From positions 5,208,001 to 5,272,000 of the forward strand of contig NC_043008.1 in the NCBI RefSeq assembly GCF_006345805.1: 64,000 nt of DNA, given 5' to 3'. Shown here in pieces: positions 11,821-25,200 of this stretch. The notes beneath the pieces are model-generated. The model saw nothing but the letters and a program-made list of their open reading frames with translations, made no database searches and was not told the origin of the DNA. This DNA comes from Octopus sinensis (lineage: Eukaryota). The stretch's first letter is position 1. The number at the start of each line of letters is the position of its first letter. The position numbers and the translations under genes were made by a program.

Positions 11821-14800
11821 ACACACATATATATAAACAAAATGATGTGAAATAGGGCAAAATGTCTGCAATGGATATGAACTTACAACCAGTGAATTGG
11901 TAGTCCAATACATCATCCACTCTACCATTTTACTCTTTGAACTGGAGAACAAGCTAATCACTGCAGTTTGTCAGGAAAAATATATCCTGTTCGCTGATAA
12001 ATGGTGTGTATGATCTACATACCTAGATCAGTTCAAAAATGCCTCAAACATATTTGGACTGATGATAACATTGCAATTTTACTTATCACTGCTAAGGGCT
12101 CCTCCTCTGTAATTTACTTATGGTGAGCCACTGTATAGAACTTCCAGTCACAGTATGGTGACTGGAAAGCCATAATAGAGTCAATCTCTGCAATCAGCCC
12201 GGAAGAGCTGCCTATCTGGTGTCTGTCATCAAAGAGGAAATAACTACTCTGAAATACTAGCAGCTCACAGTTTGGGTAGGTGGCGCTGCAAGCTGATCTA
12301 GGTGTATACACACCATTTGTCAATAAATGGGATATACAGGGTGTCCATAAAGTCTCTTTACAATTTAAAAAAATTATTACAAAGGCAGCTGATGAGATAT
12401 TTTAACCAGATTTGTTTTATTTTAATAATTGTTTATTAAAGTTTTTATTGATATTAAATTTTTGTGTTTCACATACTCTGTTGATGGAAGGGAACTGATT
12501 CACTGAACCCCTATAAAATGAGGATGAAGCATTCCTCAAGCGAGTTTGTTTTAGTGATGAGGCGACTTTTCATGTTTTAGGGAAATTAAACAGACACAAT
12601 TTGAGAATCTGGAGATCAGAACACCCCCATGTGACTAGGGAGCTTCAGCAGGAGAGTCCAAAAGGGAATGTGTGGTGTGGAACCATGTGCAATCAAATAA
12701 TTGATCAATTTTTCTTCTACGAGGCAACAATTACCGTAGATTTTTACCTCGACCTTCTGACCGAATATGTGGCAGCACAACTGATTGATTTACAACCAAC
12801 CATCATTTTCCAGCAAGATGGTGCACCACCACATTGGGGACAGCATGTTCGTCAGTTCCTGCGTTTGCCAGATATCACTCCCTTGGACTTCTTTTTATGG
12901 GGTTATGTAAAAGATATCATGTATCAAACAAAGATACGAGACAATGCTGACTTGAAGCAAAGATTTGTAATGCCATTGCCACCGTTGATGAGGCTATCCT
13001 ACAGCGAACATGGCAAGCATCGAGTACCGTCTTGGTGCCCATATTGAGGTCTATTAAATAACAGTTAAAAAAAAAACTTTAATAAACAATTATTACAATA
13101 AAACAAATCTGGTTAAGATATCTTGTCAACTGCCTTTGTAATAAAATTTTAAAATTGTAAAGAGACTTTATGGACACTGTATTTTCCATGACAAAATGCA
13201 GCGAGTACCTCAACCATATTCAGACTGATAAGAACATTACAACTACAATATAATTGTTTAGCATTTGGATTAGTCTGTCAAATGTAATGCTTATTTATTC
13301 ACATTATTTTGAATTATCATGTGTTATCACATAGCTTCAATATTTCCATGATATCAAAATCAAAATCAAATTCGATGACTGGCATCCTTGCTAGCAGAGT
13401 GCAAAGAGCACCATGAGTGTGATCGTTGACAGAATGACTAACCGGCTTCTGTGCCAGTGGCACATAAAAGGGCACCATTCGAGTGTGAACATTAGCAGCG
13501 TCGCCTTACTGGCACTTGTGCCCGGGCTAGTAGGGTGCCAAGAGTACCATCAAAGGGTGATCGTTGCCAGAGCAGCGAACTGGCTTCCGTGCCGGTGGCA
13601 CGTAAAAGGGCACCATTCGAGTGTGATCATTATGAAAGTTGCCTTACTGGCATCTGTGCCGGTGGCATGTGTAAAAAGATTCGAGCGAGGTCATTGTCAG
13701 TACCGCCTGACTGGCCCTTATGCTAAACAGAATAATGTCTTTGTCTCTCGCCAACCTCCAACAATCTTTCCCTCACCCAGCTGACAGTTTTTTGTACATT
13801 TTTGTGACGAAAAATACACCTTTTGTGGCAGTTATAATGAAATTGCTTTCTTATATTAGGGTAATAAGGTTTTTCAATAGAACATCTTTACCCCCGGGAA
13901 TTACCGGGTACACCAGCTAGTATATATATATATATATATCCCTCATCTGGTGGTCAATGAGGAAACTAGGGATAGATGAATGGTTAGTGAGAGCTGTGCG
14001 AGCCATGTACAGGGACGCTGCTAGTAAGGTGAGGGTTGGCAACGAGTACAGTGAAGAATTCCGGGTAGAGGTAGGGGTCCACCAAGGCTCAGTCCTCAGC
14101 CCCCTCCAATTTATCATAGTCCTCCAGGCAATAACAGAGGAATTCAAGACAGGATGCCCCTGGGAGCTCCTCTATGCTGATGACCTTGCTCTAATTGCTG
14201 AGTCACTATCAGAACTGGAGGAGAAGTTTCAGGTGTGGAAGCAAGGTTTAGAATCGAAGGGCCTTAGAGTCAATCTAGCTAAAACCAAAGTTGTAATAAG
14301 TAGGAAGGTAGACATATCACAAACGCCTTCAGGTAGATGGCCCTGCTCGATCTGTAGAAAAGGTGTAGGTAGAAACTCTATAAGATGCACCAAGTGTAAG
14401 CTATGGACACATAAGAGGTGCAGCAATGTCAAAGGAAGGCTAACTAGGAAGATGGTTTTTGTATGTGGCAGATGCTCAGGAACAATAAACACTGAAAATG
14501 CTCTGAGACCAACTTCCGTCACTTTCCAGGGAGAAAAACTAGAAATAGTTGATAGTTTCCATTACCTAGGTGACCAAGTCAGCAGCGGGGGCGGGTGTGC
14601 TGAAAGTGTAACGGCTAGAGTAAGAATAGCCTGGGCAAAGTTTAGGGAGCTCTTACCTCTGCTGGTGACTAAAGGCCTCTCGCTCAGAGTAAAAGGCAGA
14701 CTGTATGATGCATGTGTACGAACAGCCATGCTACATGGCAGTGAAACATGGGCCGTGACTGCTGAGGACATGCGTAAGCTCACGAGAAATGAAGCCAGTA

Positions 14801-15692
14801 TGCTCTGATGGATGTGTAATGTCAGTGTGCATGCTCGACAGAGCGTTAGTACCCTGAGAGAAATGTTGGACCTAAGGAGCATCGGTTGTGTTGTGCAAGA
14901 GAGACGATTGCGCTGGTATGGTCATGTGGCGAGAATGGATGAAGATAGGTGTGTGAAAAAGTGCCAATCCCTAGCAGTGGAGGGAACCTGTGGAAGAGGT
15001 AGACCCAGGAAAACTTGGGACGAGGTGGTGAAGCACGACCTTCGAACTTTAGGTCTCACTGAGGAAATGACCAGCGACCGAGACTTTTGGAAATATGCTG
15101 TGCGTGAAAAGACCAGGCAGGACAAGTGAGTCCAGCCCACTTATGCATGCCTTTCCTCCCTTGGACACACAAAGACCTGTTGAGGCAACCGAAGTCGATA
15201 TCGAACCTCATCCGACGACAAGAACCTATGCCAACCCCCCTTTGCTTGCGAAGACCTGTTGGAGCAAGTGAAATCGGAATCAAAATTGAACCAATCCTAT
15301 GACTGGCACCCAGCAGATGCCAGGACCCCTGGACTGGAGATACATAAAAAGCACTATCCGAATCGTGGCCGATGCCAGCGCTGCCTCGACTGGCTTCCGT
15401 GTTGGTGGCACGTAAAAAGCACCATCCGAATCGTGGCTGAAGCCAGTGCCGCTTCGACTGGCTTCCATGCAGGTGGCACGTAAAATGCACCAATCCGACC
15501 GTGGCCAATGCCAGCCTCGCCTGGCACCAGTGCAGGTGGCACGTAAGAAGCACCCACTAAACTCACGGAGTGGTTGGCGTTAGGAAGGGCATCCAGCTGT
15601 AGAAACATTGCCAGATAAGACCAGATCCCCGGTCGAACCGTCCAACCCATGCTAGCATGGAGAACAGACGTTAAACGATGATGATGATGATG

Positions 15693-15725
<33 letters not shown>

Positions 15726-18485
15726 AGTTCAACAAAATTTAGATTCAGATGAATATGGTATTTACGTTAAAAGCACCAGAATTTTGTATGGTATTATCCA
15801 TATAAATCAAATGGGGTGAATATAATCAAAATAAGCAACACTGATGAAATTAACCTCTCTGTCTATATATCTACCCTCTTTGTAATGTTGGCAAATGAAA
15901 TAAGTATAAAAATGTGCATTGTCCATTTAATTAAAAAATTCTATATGTGGCTGAAGATTGCTCGACATTTTAAAACTAATGTAATACTTGCATTGTTTAA
16001 TAAAATGAAGTAGCATGAAACGATTGTACTACACTACCTTGGATATCCTTGTTGTTTATTTTGATTATAATCACCCCATTTGATTTATATGGATAATACC
16101 ATACCAAATTCTGGTGCCTTTAAATTAAGTACCATATTTATCTGAATCTAAATTTTGCTGAATAAATATATAAATCTTATCTCCCACTGCTGTTTCATCA
16201 AGCTATTGCTAGGAATTTTCCAAACAATTCTAGATATTACTCTATAATTAATTCACATAAGGTTAGGATAGGTTTTTCAAACACAAAAAATCTCTTGCAA
16301 ATTATATCTTCTCATAATAACAAACTGTTAAATATTAATACATTTACTAATATTAACATTAATTTAGCTAATACCATCCAACCCTCTAGAAATATTAATA
16401 ACAAGGTTATTGTATCTGAAGTCAATTCCAATAGAATTAAATTTATGTCAAGTAACTCTAAGATTAAAAATTCTATATACCAGTGTATAATCAGTACTCG
16501 TAATAAAGTACGATTTTACATTGGAAGCACATCGTTAGAGTTATCTAAAAGAATTTCTAACCATTACTCAACATTTAGGGATAGAAATAAACGGAATAGT
16601 ACCGGTCTCAGCAAACTGATTTGGGATTTAAAAGACCACAATGAACAATTTCATTTAGAATGGTTGATCCTCTCAATTTCGATACCATATGACAAAGGCA
16701 AGAAATTCTGTCTTCTCTGCAATTCTGAGCTATTTTTCATTATTTTTTCTAAAAATACTCTAGTAAACACGGTTATAGAATGAGCATACAGATGTAAGCA
16801 TTGGCAGAAACATACATTTAGTGCATATAAGTAGTCTCTATCATTATATATAATTTAAACTTTAATTTCCTTTATATTTAACATTCACTATCAATATCCC
16901 TACTCTTTCTGTTAGCTACTTATGACGTTATATCATATAACGTTTTTTTAAACAATATTAATAGCGTTCTGTCTATCGCTATACAAATCCATCATTTTTT
17001 GCTAAAATGTCGTATTGACAAGTTTGGTTTTTTTCACTTTCCCGAAGAGAAGATTGCATTGTTTATACCATTTATTCTTTTGAATAGTATCAGTGGAATT
17101 TTCGAAACATGTGTCGAAAGTAAAAATAGTTGTTTAAACCTGCGTTAACTCCATTTTTTATTCATATATATATATATATATATATATAATAAAAGTCTTG
17201 CCCAATCCATGTAGGTAGGAAAACCAAAGAAAGAAATCAAGGAAATTCATAGACACAAACCTTTAAGTCTCTGTGAATGATACTGTTTTGGTGGAGATAC
17301 TGGATATGAACAAAATATGGTAAATATTTAGCTTTCTCAAAGAACAAGAGGAATTATAACTTTATAAATATTGACATATCAAACTGGAACAACAACAATA
17401 ACAATAATTGTAGTTTGGGCAGAAAGGAGAACAGTTTTGAAGGCGAGGGGGATGCGTTGATGCCAATCAGTTAATGTAAAGCCGGAGCAAACAGCACAAG
17501 TCACTTTTTTAGACACATCATCATCATCATCATCATCATTTAACATCCGTTTTCCATGCTAGCACGGGTTGGACAGTTCAACCAGGGTCTGAGAAGCCAG
17601 GAGGCTGCACCAGGCTCCAGTCTGATCTGGCAGTGTTTCTACAGCTGGATGCCTTTCCTAACAGCAACCACTCCGTGAGTGTAGTGGGTGCTTTTTATGT
17701 GCCAGGTGAGGCTGGCACAGAAGCCAGTCAAGGTGGCGCTGGCATCAGCTACGTATGGATGGTGCATTTTATGTGCCACCGGCAACAGTATCACAACTGC
17801 AATTTCCATTGATTTTTTTTTTATCGATTCCGATTTTGATGTTGATGTACTTGACTCAATAAGTCTCCTCAAGCACAGCAGGTCACGTGCCACCGGCACA
17901 GAAGCCACTCAAGGCAGCGCTAGCATCAGCCACATTCAGACAGTGCTTTTTGCTTCAACGCTTATTATACCAAACCACTGCCATTTGCCAACCTGATGAT
18001 GAGGACGATGGTGGTGGTGGTGGCGGTGGTGGCAATGATGAGGATGAGGATGATCCTTACTACTAAATGCACAAGGCCAGCAATATCAGAGAGAAGTAAG
18101 TTGATTACATCAACCCTCTAACTCAACTGGTTATCATTATATTGACTCTGAAAAGACAAAAGGCAAAGTTGACATTGGTGGAATTTGAACTCAGAACGTA
18201 ATGATGTATGAAGTGCTGCAAAGCATTTTGCTCAGTGTGCTAATCATTCTGTCAGCTCGCCTCCTTACATAATCATTTCAAATTTTGGTGCAAAGCTAGC
18301 AATCTTAGAAGAGTGGTGAAATCAATTATGTTGACCTCAGTCCGTCAATGTATTCTATTGACATCATAAGGATGAAAGGTAAATTTCACCTTCGTAGTAT
18401 TTGAAGTCCAAATGTAAAGAACCAGAAAAACTGCTGTTGAGAAATTTTGTCCAACATGACAACAATTCTACCAGTTTGCCATAGA

Positions 18486-18553
<68 letters not shown>

Positions 18554-19194
18554 GGCACACAGAGCTGCGCTCGGTGGTGAAGTGAAAGCACGCTATAAAA
18601 ATAAAACTACTGAATAATAATGATAATAATAATAATAAATGTCCTGATCCAGTACCAGGCAGTGGCTCTCATGACTTCTGATCTTAACTGACTGGAAGTG
18701 TTATCATGTACATTGTTTTGTCTTGGTATAAAAGATGGGTTACAGCAAATATTCTGCTCAATACCACAGATTTGCTTGTCAGTTGTTTGACCATAACCAG
18801 TTGAGCATGTCCCTTAGTGGCTGATGATATATGCATCTCTGATCATGAGCAGAAGTAGTGGGGGAGCATCATAGCCATGTGTTGAGAGGGATTTTTTGGC
18901 GTTTGAATGATTCACCTCTGGAAACATGGGTGTTTCGTTCAACATCCTTAAACAACACTTATTCAGGGACCTTTTGAGCAGGATGGGCTACACGACCAGA
19001 AGAAAATTCTAACTGGGCCCCAGCTGCAAGGTCATGCGCTGTTTATCTTAATATGAGATCACCATGTTGCGCACATATGGTTGTGATGCATGTGCCTGGT
19101 GTACCCTTATCAGACGGGTAGTCATGATGGGTATACTGAGCTTCGTATCTTTTATCCCAGTGTCACTTTGATGGCATGCACTGCTCTTTCACTC

Positions 19195-19233
<39 letters not shown>

Positions 19234-22200
19234 CCTTTCTGCTGTAGATGCAAGGCCTGAAATTGGGGGGGGGAGCTAAGTTAATTAACTTGCTTCACTT
19301 CCCTTGAACTTGCTGACTTTGTGCCAAAACTTGAAGCCCTTATTTCTGCCATCTACATTCTTGTTGCTTGGCATATTGTCATGTTGGGGATTTCAATATT
19401 CCAGTCAAACTCATGTTGTTGTTGTTGTTGTCATTCATAATGATGCCTCTCTCCATCTCACTGCTGTGTTGCAACACTGATGTTATCAATGCCAACACAC
19501 ATGCATTTGCTGAGACACTTTTAACTATCAAATTTGATGACTGGCATCAGTGCTAGCGGGTGCAAAGAGCACCACACGAGGATGATCGTTGACAGAGCAG
19601 CTAACCAGCTTCTGTGCCAGTGGCACATAAAAGGCACCATTCGAGCGTGATCGTTACCAGCGTCGCCTTACTGGCACTTGTGTTCGTGATAGTAGGGTGC
19701 CCGCAGCACCATCCAAGCGTGATCGTTGCCAGAGCAGCCAACTGGCTTCCGTGCTGGTGGCACGTAAAAGGGCACCATTCGAGCGTGAGCATTACAAACG
19801 TCGCCTTACTGGCACCTGTGTTGGTGGCAAGTATAAAAAGATTCGAGCGAGGTCATTGCCAGTACCGCCTGACTGGCCCCTGTGCTATGGCACGTAAAAG
19901 GGCACCATTCAAGCGTGATCGTTACCAACGTCGCCTTACAGGCACCTGTGCTGGTGGCATGTGTATGAAAGATTCGAGGAAGGTCATTGCTAGTACCGCT
20001 GTGGGATGACGTCAGCAGCTGGGTGAGCTGACCGGAAGTTGGGGCTGACCGGAAGGGGGCAGCCGGGACACGCGCGCAGCGAGTGGGGATTTCGCCTTTC
20101 GAACGAGGGTCGTCGGCGTGTTAAGACGGGTGAACATGTTGCTAAGGCTGGGTGAAGCAGCTGCTATCTTTAGCTTTCGGGTCGGGCTGCGTCGAAGGAT
20201 CCGTTACCGCTGAAGGGTCTCCATCGGAGCGAAGAGACGGTAGGTGCCTTTATATTCGAATCTCTAGCACACACCACAAGCTATTTCGGCACTCCACATA
20301 AGTCGTCACCACGATGTCTGCGAAAATCAGGATCGCCAGCGACATCATCAGACCCTTCAATGGTGAAGGTGACATAGTGGCCTGGATTCGTAAAATCAGG
20401 CTGGTGGCAAGACTGCAAGGTATAAGCGATGTGGCAAGTCTTATGGCGCTGTATTTAGAAGGGAGCGCGTTAACGCTATACCTTGAGATGGAGGAACACC
20501 TGAGCGAGGAAAAGATAGAGCAACGCTTGCAGGATGCCTACACAGAATGTGAATACACAGCTTTTGCTAAGCTGGGTACGATCAGATGAACAGGAGGACA
20601 GGTGGACGAGTACGCGACAGAAGTTAGAAGGTTGGCAACGCTGGCTGGGTTTACGGGAGAAGGGCTGGAGAGGGCAGTGCGACTGGCGTTTGTAAATGGG
20701 TTCCCCGACGATGTAGGGATTCACCTGCAATGATTGCCCAGGATTAAAAAGATGGCGCTGAGCAAACTTGTGACTCAAGCTCGCGTGTTGACGTGACACT
20801 CTGGGCGGAAGGTAATAGCGATGGCGGTGACGGAGGTGCGTAAAGACGGACGACGACCAGAGAAAGACGTACAGAAGCCCACCATGCAACAACAGTGGCC
20901 GTTCTCAGGTCGGTGTTTTAGGTGTCGGGGGTCGCACATCGCGCGGGACTGTACGCAACCGGGGCCCATTTGCTATCGATGCAGGCAGACAGGGCACATC
21001 GCCCATGATTGTGACCAGGGAAACGACCGCGGGGAAGTTGCTGCCTCTCGAACTTTCCCCGCAAATGAGTAGAGGCGCTATTGGAGACGCTGCCGTTAAT
21101 TGACGTGGGGGTTGAGGGGAAGACATTCAAGGCCCTCGTGGATACAGGATGTACGACCACACTTGTGACTTCAAGGGTGATGAAGGAATGGACCGGGGCA
21201 AGTAGCGTCTGGGCGGTCGACGGCAGCGAAATCCGTTGCAGAGACAGCAGCAAGGTAGAGATAGTGGTGCGCGCGCGATGCTAAGGCTGCAGGTAATTGT
21301 ATCTGAACACGTGACAGATGGAGTTGATGTGGTGATGGGGATGGACGCCATCAACTGCCTCGGTGGGGTCAGTGCTGGGGCTGAAGCTGCGAAGAGATAG
21401 ATCGGGTGAATTGGTGTTCCGGAGAGGGAATGAAATCCCAGAGCTGAGTTCCAGCGTCAGCAGGAGAGAGCTGTTCTCGATATGTGGGAAGTTGGTCGGT
21501 CACTACCCGATCACTGGATGGCTGCGCACGGCGTGCAGTTACACCAAGAGACAAGCAGAGGGGGAGAGTTGGGGCGACAAGGTGGGAGAAGGGACGGTGG
21601 CAATGATGCAGGAAATCCTAGAGAGGACGAGAGCGGAAGACCCGGTCAGGGGGAACTGGTACATGCCCAAGACGGAATGCGGGACCATCTGATGATGCTA
21701 GCAGTATAGCGATAGGGGTTGTGTTGGTAATCGAAGGTGCTGCGGTGGAGGACGCGGCCTGGCTTCGGAAAGCAGATGACTTCAACCACATCAATGTTGC
21801 CAAATTAGACGCGGTGCTGAAAGGGGTGAACTTGGCCCTGAAAAGGGGGCTGCGCACAATTGAAATTTAGACAGATTCGGCCACTGTGCTTGGCTGGGTA
21901 GGATCGGTGATCACCGGTGAAAGGAGAGTGCGGACGAAAGGTGCCGCGGAGTTCTAGGTGAATTGATTGCCGAGTTCGGACTGAAGCTGAATGTGTTTTT
22001 CGTGCCTTTGGAGAAAAACAGGGCAGATGCACTGACCAGGGTGAAAAGAGCGTGGTTGGAAGAACCGGAGGAGGCCCGGAAAGGGATAGCTGTGGCGTGT
22101 TGGTTGGATGACTCTGAACTGAAGAGACTGCATGCTATGCATCACCTGGGTGTGGACAGGACCCTGTATCTGGCAAAGAAAATTGATGCTGACGTCACTA

Positions 22201-25200
22201 GGAGAAGCATCTGGAAGGTGGTCGGGAGCTGTGACAGGTGTCAGTCCATCAACCCTGCTCCGTATGGGCATGAACAGGGAAGCCTTTCGGTGGAGCAGAA
22301 CTGGAAAAGGCTAGCTGTGGATGTGACACACTACTGTCAGGGAATGTACTTCTCCATGGTCGACTGCGGGCCAGGCCGGCTGGCCATTTGGAGGGAGTTG
22401 AGAACGGGCATTGCTGACGTGATCGCGCAGATCCTGAATGGGATATTTTTAGAGAGAGGTCTCGTGGAAGAACTACTGATGGACAATGGGGTGGCGTTTC
22501 GTTCGGAAGCATTGAGGGTTATGCTTGATCGGTGGAAGGTGCGTCGCTTGTACAGAGCAGCGTATAGGCCGAGCGGTAATGAGATCGTGGAGAGGCACCA
22601 TCGGAAAGTCAAGGCCATAGCGGAAAGAGGGCACATTTCGCTGCTTGAAGCAGTTTTTTGGTACAACATATCTCCCCGATCCGGACAAGCTGAGGAATCT
22701 GTGCCACAAAGAGCTGTATTTAAATATGAATGGAGGCACCCGAGCAAAGCACCGGAGGGCCACGAGGAAGAGAAGGGACCCGTTTGCGTGAAAATAGGGG
22801 AGGAAGTCTGGGTTAAGCCACCAAAGGCACGCTGTACGTCTCAATGGAGCAGAGGAACGGTGACGGCGGTCAATTCCAGAAACAACGTCTCCGTGGGTGG
22901 AATGCCGCGACACGTCTTGGACCTTCGCAGGATTGTTGCTTCAACGGATGACGATTCTGGAGAGGGGGAGAACGAGGCGCCCAGCTTGAGAAGATCTCGA
23001 TGTGCAAGGTGCCCTCCTGGTTAGATGGTGGACTATGACATGGAACGGAGAGATTGTGATCTTTAAGATAAGGGTGGCGTGTGGGATGACGTCAGCAGCT
23101 GGGTGAGCTGACCAGAAGGGTGCAGCTGGGATGCGCGTGCAGCGAGCGGGGATTTCGGCCTTTCGAACGAGGGTCATCGGCGTGTTAAGATGGGTGAACA
23201 CATTGCTACGGTTGGGTGAAGCAGCTGCTATCTTTAGCGTTCGGGTCTGGCTGTGTCGAAGGATCCGTTACCACTGAAGGGTCTCCATCGGAGCAAAGAG
23301 AAGATAGGTGCCTTTATATTCGAATCTCTAGCACACACCACAACCGCCTGACTGGCCCCCGTGCCAGTGGCACGTAAAAAGTACCCACTACACTCTCGGA
23401 GTGGTTGGCATTAGGAAGGGTATCCAGCTGTAGAAACTCTGCCTGATCAAGATTGGAGCCTGGTGCAGCCATCTGGTTTGCCAGTCCTCAGTCAAAATCG
23501 TCCAACTCATGCCAGCATGGAAAGCGGACATTAAACGATGATGATGATGATGATAATGATGAAGCAAGTCTTTCAAAACAACACCTTTTAAGATTTCCTT
23601 TTCTAAAGTATGTCTTAAACAATATTCAGGTTTTTTGTTTAGTTTGTTTTTGTTTTGTTTTTTTAAGCGTTGGACTGCAGCCATGTTGGAGCCTCACCTT
23701 GAAGGATTTCGTCAAACAAATCATCCCAAGGACTTCGTTTTACAAAGCCTGTTACTTACTCTTTCAGTCTATTTTGTCAAGACATCTTTTGTCAAAGAAA
23801 TAACAAACCAACATTGATTATCAAGCATCACCATCATCATCGTCATCTAATGTCCATTTTCCATGCTGGTATGGGTAAACACATACTTTATAGATATACA
23901 CAACAGGCTTCTTTCGGTTTCGATATGACCTGCTGTGCTTACCTTGGGCCATAGGGTGACCTGCTGTGCATGAGGAGATCTATTGAGTCAAGTACATCAC
24001 CATCAACATCAAAAAATCAAATGGAAATTGTAGTTGTGATCCCTGTGCCGGCAGCACGTAAAAAGCACCAACCGATCGTGACCGTTGCCAGCCTCACCTG
24101 GCACATAAAAAGTACCCACTACACTCACGGAGTGGTTGGTGTTAGGAAGGGCATCCAGCTGTAGAAACACTGCCAGATCAGACTGGAGCCTGGTGCAGCC
24201 TTCTGGCTTCCCAGACCCCGGTCAAACAGTCCAACCCATGCTAGCATGGAAAACGGACGTTAAACGATGATGATGATAGGTTTAATAACAATAAAAATAA
24301 TAATAATCTTTTATTTTTTTTAACAATAGACAGAACACCTGAAATTGGAGAAGAGGGAACCAATTATATGAAGCCATTAGTGATCAATTTGTACATATTT
24401 TATTGACCCTGAAAAGATAAAGAACAATAATCTGCTTGTCATGACCTGTGTCCAAGCAATATGCTTTAAACCTTAATTAAAGAATGAAATCAATAACATT
24501 GTCAAAATCCTCAACATAAAAGAACCATTATCATCATCATCGTTTAACACCCGTTTTCCGTGCTAGCATGGGTTGGACAGATCGACCGGGGTCTGGGAAG
24601 CCATGAGTCTGCACCAGGCTCCAGTCTGATTTGGCAGTGTTTCTACAGCTGGATGCCCTTCCTAACGCCAACCACTCCATGAGTGTAGTGGGTGCTTTTT
24701 ACGTGCTACCAGCACAGGTGCCGTGGGGGGGGGGGGCAGCAGCCACGATTGGTTGGTGTTTTTCACATGCCACCAGCACAGAAGCCAGTCAAGGCGGCGC
24801 TGGCATCGGCCACATTCGGATGGTGCTTTTTGCATGCTGCTGGCACAGGTATCATAACTACAATTTCCATGTTTTAAACAACCTAATCTCATGAACAAAA
24901 TATAGGATATAAACTTTCACATAATGAATCAATAAGATGAAGATCTATAAATTTATAGGTTGAAACAGAATTAAGAGCACCATAAAAATTCATAAACTTT
25001 GAGAAAACATGAAAGAATTTCTTTTTTGAAATGGTGGATCTTGAACCAGAATACCATAAATAATAGCAAGCAAATATTGGGTTAAAATCCCCTTTAACTG
25101 AATATTCACACATTATTATTTACAGTCTTATCTGCTTTGAGATCTACCATTCCAAAAAGGAATTATAGATGTTTTCGATCTAGTTTGGATTCTTTGCAAT

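Noticed and set aside
12114-12323. 69-aa minus ORF as a nested gene
   Set aside because: No recognisable domain or splice support; it lies between short inverted repeats next to a transposon.
19530-19999. CRISPR-like look of the hairpin-repeat arrays
   Set aside because: The variable parts come from a small recurring set, the arrays are attached to a LINE stop codon and tail in about 30 dispersed copies, there are no cas genes, and the context is eukaryotic.
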